From a bacterium (GTDB lineage: Bacteria; UBA8248): DNA of 64,000 nt. This document shows positions 10,833-20,782 of the stretch, one piece after another; position 1 is the stretch's first letter; each line of letters opens with the position of its first letter. The DNA lies in assembly GCA_965213685.1 (NCBI GenBank), contig CBDBZY010000016.1:448001-512000 (forward strand), in the 5' to 3' direction. The translations under genes were made by a program, and so were the position numbers. The notes beneath the pieces are model-generated. The model had not been told where the DNA came from. It did no database searches and was given only the letters and a program-made list of their open reading frames with translations.

Positions 10833-11194
10833 TTAAGCACGTGAGGGCGGGCCTCGCGAAGCCACGCCTATTAATTATAGGTTCGCGAGACGTAGCAAAG
10901 GCTGCTTCATATCTGATGGCGCGTTCGAGCAGCGTCTTACTTCACTATACTATTATGTAGCGGGGATGAGTTGGCCAGTTAGATACAGTGAGGTACATAT
11001 GTAGCTACTCTAGCTCAAGAATTTTTAGAGGGGCTCAGCCCCCAACTTCAGAAATGATGGTGTTCAAGCCCCTCCCTACCCGCCTTAGCAATGGCTGTTA
11101 TGACCACTGATTTGTTTGCTGGACTCTGAAAGAAGCTTCAGTGGCAAGAACAATACTTTTTAATGGTACCCTTGTGCAAAAAAAGGGATGCAAA

Positions 11195-11560
11195 CAAGTA
11201 TGAAAAACATTTTCAAAAAATGTATAGGGATGTAGAGATGGCCGTGCCAAAAACTACAGAAACTAGATGTAGGGATGGCAGTGTGGAGACAAGACATGTT
11301 ATACAAAGACTACACAACTAACCCCATCCCTACATCTTTTTTTTTTGGCTCAAAAATTGCTCTTCCCAGTAATCTTGTAGCATAACTCGCAGAATGATTT
11401 CAGATAATTATAAAAAAAGATGTAGGAATGGGGTTAGTTGTGTAGTCTTTGTATAACATGTCTTCCCTGCATACTGCCATCCCTACATCTAGTTTCTGTA
11501 GTTTTTGGCACGGCCATCCCTACATCCCTATACATTTTATGAAAATGTTTTTCACACTTG
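11195..11560. repeat. ~150-bp-arm inverted repeat (foldback)
   Basis: 11195-11346 is the near-perfect reverse complement of ~11412-11560, with repeated TGTAGGGATGG motifs. Confidence 0.85.
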
Positions 11561-11599
11561 TATATATATAATACAACATTGATATATATCCCAAAAATG

Positions 11600-11800
11600 T
11601 ATCCTAAATACAATACTAGGAAGGACAATTCAAGAATAACAGGAGGTAGAGTTGAGGTACTAGGGCTGATTAGCATCGTATGTTGGTCCACTAGCAATCA
11701 GTGGTGATGACTCATTATTACACTCTTACACACCACCAACACCAAACCAGTCCTATGGACAGTCAACCAGCTGAACATTATGGCAGTTACTATATAGACT
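11600..11800. pseudogene. Back-to-back relics of tail X (minus, ~11660-11727) and tail Y (plus, ~11728-11790)
   Basis: The first block matches gene 1 at ~5020-5125 in reverse. The second matches the TPPTPNQSYGQSTS end of genes 4 and 5. Confidence 0.75.
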
Positions 11801-12086
11801 GTGTGTGCAATATGTACATAATACACTCTTCTGTAGGTTTACCTTTATTCTAATGTATTGTATTTTGTTAGTGAATATCAAAATTTTGACCATGAATGTA
11901 TACAGTACGTTCAACAAACTGTGATATTGGTACAGAATCTCATCACTCAGTATAGGCTAATTATAAACAAAGGGGTATACACACAAGATTAATATCCCAT
12001 ATGAAAAACAGAAGAATGCATGCTAAATACAAAGCAACAATACTAGAAAGGACAATGCCAGAATAACAGGAGGCAGAGTTGATGTG

Positions 12087-15000
12087 CTAGTGCTGATTAG
12101 CACCATATGTTGGTCCACTAGCAATCAGTGGCAATTCATCGTTACATTCTTCCTCTCCTCCAGCCAAGTCTGGCACAACGTTATAGGACTCAAGTGTCTT
12201 CTTCCTGGCAATGGTGCAGCGATTCCTGTGCCTGTTCTCTCCTTCTCGTAGACTTACATCTCTCCTGAAGTCTAGGAAAGCACAATCAATTGTGGAGGAT
12301 GTGTCAGTCAATTGGAAACTCTTCAGCTTGATATGTTTGTCACAGCATGACTTGAGAGACTGTTTGTTGTTCTTGACTATTCGATATATTACATAACAGA
12401 TCATGTAGAAGAGAGGACAGAAGATGAGGATATACTGAAGTGCAAAGGCCCAACTAGAGAGTGGAATGCCTATTGCTGTGTGATACATGTTGATCATACT
12501 GAGAACATTGATCAGTGCAAGGATTCCAAGAATTGTGGCATCAACATTATTGTAAAAGTCTTTCTTGTATGGTCTGATGACAGTAAATAGGAGAATTCCA
12601 ACTGTGCACACCATCTGCTGGACAACATACTGGTGGAACCAGATGCCAGTATACATGAAAGAGGTGAATATTATTGTGCGCAGAAGGAAATAGAGCCCAG
12701 CAAAGTATCGGCAATCTCTTGTTCCATTTGTTCCATCTTTAAAGCAACCTTGGAATGTATCGAGAAACATCTGCATACGTCCACCAGCTTGGAAAAACTG
12801 CCCACAGCAGCCAAACCTTATAGTCAGACTCTCTAATAACTTTAAGGGGTAGACAAAGAGGATCAGAGGTGGGAGTAGTACGAATGTGATCATCACAAAC
12901 ATGGCCATTATGAAACATGGGATGTGCTCCTTGCCAAGGTATTCTGTGCCTCCTTGAAAATAGAGATGATTACCTGCTCTTGGTCCTGTGGAGTCCTGCA
13001 CAGTTGTAGGAGTGAGCAGGTAGGTAGAAACCACAGTGAACTTGGTATATGAAAGGACAAGAAATGTGGAAAAAGCGTCAATGGTGGATCTATTCAAGTT
13101 CCAGCGTCGTTGGAATGAGCCAAAAATACGATGCACTGGTTTACAGAGACAGAAGATTGGCTGTATGCCACGTTCATACAGTGACACTGTGCAGTAGAAT
13201 ACCAGTATCAGAAGCAGAGGATAAACAGCAAGGACATAGTGTAGAGACAACACTCCTAGGGTGTCTACATCAGGGCTGATGCAGAAAGGTGGCACAACGG
13301 AAGTGAAAAAGTTCAGATTCCAAATGTCGTATGGTACTTCATAGATCTTTTGCAGAGTAATGGCACTGCTAGTGACGTTTCTTATAGGGACAGTCTTATC
13401 TCCATCTATATCGAATGTTGTTGTTAGCAGTTGAGCAAAAAAGATGAAGCCATTTGCGCTGCCTCGAGTAACACTGATGTGGAAGAGGACAACAATGAAG
13501 AAGAATATAGTGATAGGGAGGATCTCTAACAGCAGGTAATAGACCCAGTGGTACAGGGCCTGCTTGTGAGTGCACTTCACACAGTCAAAGGTATTTGAGT
13601 TGATGGCAGGGGCATACCCTTTAAGACACTGTCCACAAAACATTCCTGTCCTGTTAACAGGATGGCAGAGCACTTGATCTAGCTCAGAACTTTTGTTGGG
13701 TAGCTTCACATACTCCTCCTCCATATGCACAGCAGTGTAGGGGCACATCCCCACAACAAGCTGGCCAGACGACTCGTCTATCCCCATCCACTGCCCTCTC
13801 CTCAGTTTCACTGAGAAATCCGCCTGATTGCACCTCACCACTCCACCATAGTTACCAGTACACACACACCGTGTGTTGTTGTGTGTGTCATTCTGAGGGG
13901 AAAATCCCGGGGGGCAGGGAAGAATTTCTACTACAATTTCAGTGTAGAGCACCCGAGGATTGATTGTTTCTATTGCTAGCAGAGCAGTTGAGTTTGGTTC
14001 TCCAGTTAGCTCAATAGTATTGTCGGAAACACAGGTATAGGCACTTGGAATCTGCGCAGTGTCTGGAGAGTGTGACCTCAACAAGAACACAGCATGAGCA
14101 GTTTGGTTTTTCATATTGTCCCCCAAAACCTCAAGAGGCATCAACTGTCTCTTCCCCAGTATGACCTCTATATGGTAGGATGAATCATTCTCTGTGTTAT
14201 TGAAGGCAGCTGGAGCGCTAGATATAGCGTCTGAACAGTTACCTCCGTCATGCTTCCATGTATCATTCCAACAAAACACATCTTTACGAGGATCTGAGAT
14301 CACTTTCGTGGACATTGGGTTATGGTATCCCCAAAGACAGGGAAGAAGAGATGTGCTATATATAGCATTCCCACCATCGCTGTACAGAGCAGTATTTCCC
14401 CTGAAGTAGAAAGTGGCTGTCCAGCTCCACGGCTGTAGTAGAGGGTCACTGTACTGGATGAAGCACATGCCAAACAGCTGCTGCATATGCTGCCCAACAA
14501 TGTAGGAGTATATGGCGCCACCATACTTGTCAGCTTTGTTGTCAATGAATATCATTTGTGTGTAGTTGTAAACACGAATGTAGGAGGAGCTATAGAGGGC
14601 AATGGCACCGCCAGTCCTGCCCTGGTTTCCAGTGAAGTTAGCGATGCAGTTATCTAAGAAATGCACACCACTGTCAACAACAGCCAAAGCCGATCTGTTA
14701 TTGTTTTCAAAATGGACACTATTATTAAAATGTAGAGGAAGTTTCTGTGTGTTAATTGTACCAACACCTATGGGCTCCCCGAGTATGGACACCACACTGG
14801 GATAGTCAGTATTCCCTATGAATATGCAGTCAGTGAAAACTGGATTTGTAATGGCGCCTGTCCAATCTACTGACCGCTCTGATAAGTCCATTGCACTACC
14901 AACTCTGCCAAGGTTGTATAGCCATGAACAGTTGTAGAACAGTAATCTGTTGGTAGCCAGGCTCCTGCTTCTCTCTCTGGCTGTGTCGAAGTATACCCCT

Positions 15001-16172
15001 CCCCCCCAGTACGCCCAGTTGTGTTGGAAAGTGCAGTTTTGAAAGAGCATGTTATTGAGGCTCATACGGGAATCGTTACTGAAATGGAACCCAAGTTTCA
15101 TTCCTCCACCACCTGTAGCTTGGCCAGTTGTTGCAGTAGCGTTGTAGAGGTATGCAGTGTTGTTATATATTATACAGGAGTCCATTGTGAATGTGCTGTT
15201 CCAACTCAGATGCTGGAACTCTACAAACACTCCTCCTCCCCACTCCGCCTCATTGTTCTCAAACACACACCTTTCCACTGCCACTGAGCTGTTCTCAACT
15301 TCACTGAAGAACACACTCAGGCCTCCTCCGTGACCGAATGTCAGGTGGTTCGTGTCCTGGGGCAGGAGGTAGATGTACTCCACTGGGTGCCACATGTGCC
15401 CACGATTGCCCCCAAACACACACTCACTGATCCTGTACTCCACTCCTGTGCTGTACTGTGGGGGGATGGAGGTGTTGCCTGCGTCACAGTCGCTAGGGAG
15501 TTGGGGGTCACAGAAGGGAAATTCGATGTATAGACCCCCTCCACTAGGAACCATTTCATTGTTGGGGGGTCTGTTATAGAGGAAACTGCAGTTGTGGATG
15601 TAGTTGAGTCCACCAGTAGCATACACGGCCATTCCTGTCCCTGTGCTGTTGGTGACACTCACTCCAGTCAGGTTGATGTGCTGACAGAACAGGAAGTACA
15701 CGCCCACAGGAAACTGCATGAAGGAGAAGCTGTGGTCACTGAAGTTACGGCTCGTGCTGTTCTGCAGAGCCCCACAGCCAGAGAAGTGCACATTCTGGAT
15801 AGTGATGCCACTGGACTGGACAAAGCTGAGGCCTGCCCCAGATTCACACGTCACTGTCACCACAGGTCGGGATAACCAATTTACAAATGGGTCAACACCA
15901 GTCAGGGCTATACTAGTTAATCCAGATAAGCTAATCATGTGGTTCAGTGAGTAGTCTCCACTACTCACCTCCACCTGAGTGGAGTTTAGCACTCGCTCAC
16001 TCACAGCATAGGAGAAGGTACGACAAGGGTGGGTGTGGCTTCCACAAGTGACATTGTCACTGGCATTGGGGTTGCTACAGTCCACATACACTGTGTGGTC
16101 ATAGTGAGCAAAGGAGAGGGCACTATGCAGCACAGCTGCCACCAGCAGCCAGAACAACCTCTCAGATGTCAT
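12087..16172 (-). CDS. Receptor-like gene 2 (~1361 aa from MTSERL): ectodomain B, membrane domain B, tail X
   Basis: Open ORF paralogous to genes 3-5, but the last ~85 aa match gene 1. The ATG at 16172 precedes the conserved signal peptide. Confidence 0.9.
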   Translation of the reverse strand: MTSERLFWLLVAAVLHSALSFAHYDHTVYVDCSNPNASDNVTCGSHTHPCRTFSYAVSERVLNSTQVEVSSGDYSLNHMISLSGLTSIALTGVDPFVNWLSRPVVTVTCESGAGLSFVQSSGITIQNVHFSGCGALQNSTSRNFSDHSFSFMQFPVGVYFLFCQHINLTGVSVTNSTGTGMAVYATGGLNYIHNCSFLYNRPPNNEMVPSGGGLYIEFPFCDPQLPSDCDAGNTSIPPQYSTGVEYRISECVFGGNRGHMWHPVEYIYLLPQDTNHLTFGHGGGLSVFFSEVENSSVAVERCVFENNEAEWGGGVFVEFQHLSWNSTFTMDSCIIYNNTAYLYNATATTGQATGGGGMKLGFHFSNDSRMSLNNMLFQNCTFQHNWAYWGGGVYFDTARERSRSLATNRLLFYNCSWLYNLGRVGSAMDLSERSVDWTGAITNPVFTDCIFIGNTDYPSVVSILGEPIGVGTINTQKLPLHFNNSVHFENNNRSALAVVDSGVHFLDNCIANFTGNQGRTGGAIALYSSSYIRVYNYTQMIFIDNKADKYGGAIYSYIVGQHMQQLFGMCFIQYSDPLLQPWSWTATFYFRGNTALYSDGGNAIYSTSLLPCLWGYHNPMSTKVISDPRKDVFCWNDTWKHDGGNCSDAISSAPAAFNNTENDSSYHIEVILGKRQLMPLEVLGDNMKNQTAHAVFLLRSHSPDTAQIPSAYTCVSDNTIELTGEPNSTALLAIETINPRVLYTEIVVEILPCPPGFSPQNDTHNNTRCVCTGNYGGVVRCNQADFSVKLRRGQWMGIDESSGQLVVGMCPYTAVHMEEEYVKLPNKSSELDQVLCHPVNRTGMFCGQCLKGYAPAINSNTFDCVKCTHKQALYHWVYYLLLEILPITIFFFIVVLFHISVTRGSANGFIFFAQLLTTTFDIDGDKTVPIRNVTSSAITLQKIYEVPYDIWNLNFFTSVVPPFCISPDVDTLGVLSLHYVLAVYPLLLILVFYCTVSLYERGIQPIFCLCKPVHRIFGSFQRRWNLNRSTIDAFSTFLVLSYTKFTVVSTYLLTPTTVQDSTGPRAGNHLYFQGGTEYLGKEHIPCFIMAMFVMITFVLLPPLILFVYPLKLLESLTIRFGCCGQFFQAGGRMQMFLDTFQGCFKDGTNGTRDCRYFAGLYFLLRTIIFTSFMYTGIWFHQYVVQQMVCTVGILLFTVIRPYKKDFYNNVDATILGILALINVLSMINMYHTAIGIPLSSWAFALQYILIFCPLFYMICYVIYRIVKNNKQSLKSCCDKHIKLKSFQLTDTSSTIDCAFLDFRRDVSLREGENRHRNRCTIARKKTLESYNVVPDLAGGEEECNDELPLIASGPTYGANQH

Positions 16173-16688
16173 CACGCTCTTTTTCAATCTAGCAGGACAA
16201 CAAGAGTAGGGCTGATATATGCAATACATTAGCCACTGTATGTGTAAAGCTATATGCACACGTATTACTGCTAATGTCACACTCTCTGAATACAGCGAAA
16301 ACAGAACTGTTCTCTTCATAGACGATTGTTGTGTGAGTTGCACCTGTGTAGCAGTGCCCATGGTTCCCTCCCACGTGCTACACAATCACAACACTTTCTT
16401 TCTCATGTGGCCCACAGCACAGCTCAAAATAGCTGTATTATTTGTATTATATGTTGCCCTGCAACTTGTATGGCAAAGGCCTTTGTTAAAGGAACAATGT
16501 CAGTTGCTGTAAATAACATAGTCCGTATGTATAATACCTAAAAGTGCATGGTTTGCTATACGTGACGTATGCTACTTTGTTCTGGGCTAATGCTCACCTG
16601 CTGTGTGTTGAAACGCTCCCTTTTCACGCTGCGTATACACACGTACTGCAGCTTGTAAACTAGCTACTCAGTCCAGTTGAGCCTTATA

Positions 16689-17434
16689 GGTATTTCCCAC
16701 AGAAAGGTGTGAAGGAATGTTAATTAGAAATTTAGTTCCGCTTAACTGCGGAAGCGGATGTGCCACGCCCCTTGGAGGGCTATCGCGAGCCTTAGTAACG
16801 TTGTGATGTTGGCCTGTGTAGCAAAAACTTTATTCGCGGTGCGAAAATGAGCGACTCTCTCCTTAGTTTGACTACAACGGTGAAAGCTTGCAAGCTCTCT
16901 ACGTTGGGGCTTAAAGAAAAACGACGATCCCTACGCTGCACACCACCGTGCCACTGACTTCGTGAATCAGTGACATGTCGATGTGGCCCAACACGCAGGG
17001 AGGCAGAGGTGAGAGTGCTTCGAGTCAGCGGTACTAGCCGTCTTCTGACAGCAAGAGTTAACTTTGAATGCTCACTACATTCATAGATACCTTACGTTCC
17101 GTAAGGTATAGTACCTATGCTACAATTCCGGAGGCTTCCGAGCCCGGCCAGTCCTACCTGCTCATTGCAGCTCCTCGACTTATCAGAGAGCAAACTCCAG
17201 CCGAACTTGTTATGGCAGCCTACAACACAGCAGTTGTTCACCATGACAGCTTAGTCGCGAAAACCCTGTGTACAGCGTTCGCCAGCGCGGCACTCGCACT
17301 TGACCCGTCCCTATCGAATCGTGTTACTAAGGCTTGGCGGTGGCCCTCCAAGGGGCGTGGCACATCCGCTTCCGCCTTTAACCGGAACTACATTTTTAAT
17401 TAACATTCCTTCACACCTTGTCGTGGGAAATACC
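16689..17434. mobile_element. Non-autonomous DNA transposon with ~115-bp TIRs at a TATA target
   Basis: GGTATTTCCCAC...CCTTAGTAAC mirrored at ~17323-17434, TATA on both sides. Empty site GCCCTATAAAATTTCAG at ~25491 and ~30786. Confidence 0.85.
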
Positions 17435-17438
17435 TATA

Positions 17439-18618
17439 GAGGCCTTGCACCGGAAGTAAATTTGGGGGTGTGTCCGTAGCAACCGTTGCTATCCGCCATC
17501 TTTGGGGGCATCTGCTGTACATCGAATAGTGCGTACGTAGAACGAACTGCCGTGCTCTCATCCGTCCTCCTATTCTGAAGGAAGATACAAAGCAAAGTTG
17601 CCCTTGCAGGACCTAAGAGAGATCGATGTAGTACTTAGTAGCGAACTTAGATGCCTGACTGGAGCTATATGATAGTAGCCGTGAGTTCATATATCTAAGC
17701 CTGGAGGCATCACTGATGTACACACCATCAACGAATAGAGAAAATTGACGTAGAGAAACTCCAAATGAGAATCTACATTGGTATGCTCGATGGTGATAGC
17801 CTCCCTGAACAGGTTCATAGCAAGTTGAAGCCGAGTTTAGCCTGCCTGAACTTGATTCACCCTTACATGTATGTGAGGATAGGGTGTAAACTCAGCTGCT
17901 GTGCTTCACTATCTAAATTCCCCCTCAGCATCACATATTAGGTGAGCATAGATATTAGAGACTGTAAGCTTACCTCCATGGCTGGCACACAGATAGCATT
18001 ATAGCAAGTAGTTTAGCATTTGACATGCACATAAATTGCACAGAGATGTGCACATCATCGTCAGCATGGGAAAGATCAGTCGAGTCTCACACTAGTTGCA
18101 CTTGTAACCATGTTGAACCATAAATTTATGACCAGATTTACTTTGGAGTGAAATGAATGATTGCACTTTCCATGATAAAATAACATCTCAGACCATAGAT
18201 ATTATACACGGAACTATAACGTATAATATCTATGCTCAGACTCACTCACTCCATGTTAACTAAACCCCTAACATCATACAGTATCCTGTACTCGCATAAC
18301 AGACGCAGGTATGGGTGTCAACATAATACATATCGAGCAAGAAGCGTTCTGAACAACTGCGAGATGACTACTCAAAACGGCATACGATAATCCTTGCTAC
18401 GGTCCTCGCCAGACGCCGCTTGAGCTATGAATCTTTAGTTTATGCTGCACGGCAGGTAGAGAGAGGAGATCAACGGTCTTGTCCCTTCCTGAACTCTTGG
18501 CGTAGCTCGAAACACAGCGTGTACTCTACAAAGTCGCCTACAAAGGAACTGCCGCTTGCCCCCAAAGATGGCGGCTTCCGGTGTATCACATGACCTCTGA
18601 CGTCTCGTGCAAGGCCTC
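17439..18618. mobile_element. Non-autonomous DNA transposon with GAG termini at a TATA target (Sola-like)
   Basis: TIR GAGGCCTTGCAC / GTGCAAGGCCTC, subterminal IR CCGCCATCTTTGGGGGCA / TGCCCCCAAAGATGGCGG, TATA on both sides. Confidence 0.8.
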
Positions 18619-18740
18619 TATAAAATTTCAGTCGTGAACTCCGAAGATTCACATGCCAATCACCCTCTCAGTACCGGCAGGACAAGTAGCTTTTGCACCA
18701 TCCTAGCCTCGTTCCCAGGCTCTTGCGTACAAGGCTAGTA

Positions 18741-18990
18741 CCACCCATGCGCAGCTATAGTGGCGGTGTCTACCGTTCTCTGCGCCACCCATGCGCAGCT
18801 AGTTGTGTGTCTACCGTTCTCAGCGCCACCCATGCGCAGTTAGTGGCGGTGTCTACCGTTCTCTGCGCCACCCATGCGCAGCTAGTGGCGGTGTCTACCG
18901 TTCTCTGCGCCACCTATGCGCAGCTAGTGGCGGTGTCTACCGTTCTCAGCGCCACCCATGCGCAGCTAGTGGCTGTCTACTGTTCTCTAG
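18741..18990. repeat. 42-bp tandem minisatellite, about 5-6 copies
   Basis: Unit GCCACCCATGCGCAGCTAGTGGCGGTGTCTACCGTTCTC(T/A)GC. Confidence 0.9.
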
Positions 18991-19342
18991 GATGTGTATT
19001 CAAAAACTTACCTAACAAAAGCGGCTGAGTGCCTCCTCGCAAGTAGTTAGTCTCGTGAGTCTCTCTTGAGCGCTGCCAGAAATACTTCACTAAGACACTC
19101 GCTGGGTGCTGCAATGGCTACATGTATAAACTGAACTTCCGCGGTGGTTTATAGCAGCGCACAAACAATTATAATTATGGCGGAAACAGTATTGTTTTCA
19201 CCACGCTGTTCATTGGCTATTGTAATGGTTCGCGTATAAACCCGCGCGTGACGGCTACACTTCCTTATCGTGTGGCTCACAGCACAGCACAATTGTGAAA
19301 TAGTAGGAAACGGAACAAACGGACCGGAATAGTGAGCACATG

Positions 19343-19770
19343 CAAAGTCAAAGTCAAAGTTCATCATTAATGCTTTCCAAGGGGTTCCAAGGGGCACAAA
19401 CACGCATACACAAAAGTACTACACAAGCAGGGTAATAAACTCAAAAAAGGAGATAAAAGTGAGCAATATCTGAAAAAATATCATTACAAATAGAATGAAG
19501 AGTGGACTCAGGTGTGGAGTGTTCAGGGATCCACAGCAGCCTGTAGTGTGCACTGATGACATGCTCTAGGAGAGGGACTTCACAGCTGTCACAGTAGGGG
19601 CAAGGCTTCTTCCCTCTTCCATGGTGCTCATTAGCCTTGTGAGGGCTTGCACACATTTGGTGTATCTGCCACCACACTCAAGGGCACTATCCCAAATCCT
19701 AGGCCACCTTGACCTCTCTGCTACGGCTGCAATCATATAGGCTTTTTCCTTGCATTTCTCAACTGACAAC
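19343..19770 (-). mobile_element. Decayed 3' fragment of a non-LTR retrotransposon
   Basis: Frameshifted WPRIWDSALECG...HHGRGKKPCPYCD...LLEHVISAH zinc-finger-like C-terminus and a (CTTTGA)n tandem tail near 19343-19360. Confidence 0.5.
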
Positions 19771-20403
19771 ATATAGCCCTAGCCCTAGCCCATCCCCTTC
19801 CCTCTCCTGCCCTCCCCTCCCCTCCCCTCCCCTCCCCTCCCCCTCTCTTGTTCTAGTTTTATTAAAAAACAGGATTACATGCATTTTTACAGCTTTACAC
19901 AAAGGGCTAAGAAACCTACCACAAATCAAGGCAGTCTCATTGATCATATATACACAAGGAACATCTCAGTACAGCTACATGTAGAAGTATCACCTCAGAA
20001 ATATAATTACACTATATCAGCTCAGTGTTAGATGTTTGAGTAGGAACAGAAGCTCGCTTGGGCTTGAGCAGCCCAAGAACTTACACTTCTCCAATAGGTG
20101 CACACCCAAGAACTAGCTAGGCTTACCGCTTTGGCTGGACACATGTGAGCCGAAAAGCTCCCAACCGCGTATGTGACACCAGATCGTACTGTTTGTACTT
20201 CCACTCCACTAGTAGCTAATGGAACCTTGAAAATGCGAGTTTACACAGCCTCGAAAAGTTATAATACTTTCGCTCACCAATAGCCTCACCATCAACCGAG
20301 CGGCTCCAGAGTTCACGAGTTCTGAGAGACTACGACGCTTCTCCTGTTCTCCAACTTTGAAGAGCGCAGCTTCTACCGTTACGGAGAAAATCCGGTCATG
20401 TCT

Positions 20404-20574
<171 letters not shown>

Positions 20575-20782
20575 ATAATAGTAATCTCTAGCACCTAAAT
20601 GGGTGTCTCCTTTGTTTAACCTATACCAAGTGATGAGATTATGTACCAATAGGTCACAGTTCATTGAACCTACTGTATGCAAAATTTCTATATTTTATGC
20701 ACTAACAAAAATATTATACTTGCAGAAGAGTGTATTGTGTACATATTGCACACACAGTCTAGTAACAGCTTAACTATCACTG

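Larger units (their letters stand above)
6816..11560. mobile_element. Large non-coding insertion with terminal hairpin and subterminal inverted repeats (Helentron/DINE-like anatomy), hosting nested elements
   Basis: Bounded by (TA)n runs. The flanks join to give the uninterrupted spacer seen at ~11950-12080. Hairpin AGAGAGTC-GGTA-GACTCTCT at 6817-6836; ATGTAGGGATGGC at 6837-6849 versus GCCATCCCTACAT at 11513-11525. Confidence 0.55.

Noticed and set aside
16173-16385. N-terminal ORF extensions of genes 2, 3, 5, 6 and 7 in the ORF track
   Set aside because: They begin at non-ATG codons upstream of the signal-peptide Met and are not conserved between paralogs.
18741-18990. CRISPR-like array or repeat-protein ORFs
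   Set aside because: Head-to-tail units without unique spacers, eukaryotic context and no cas genes.
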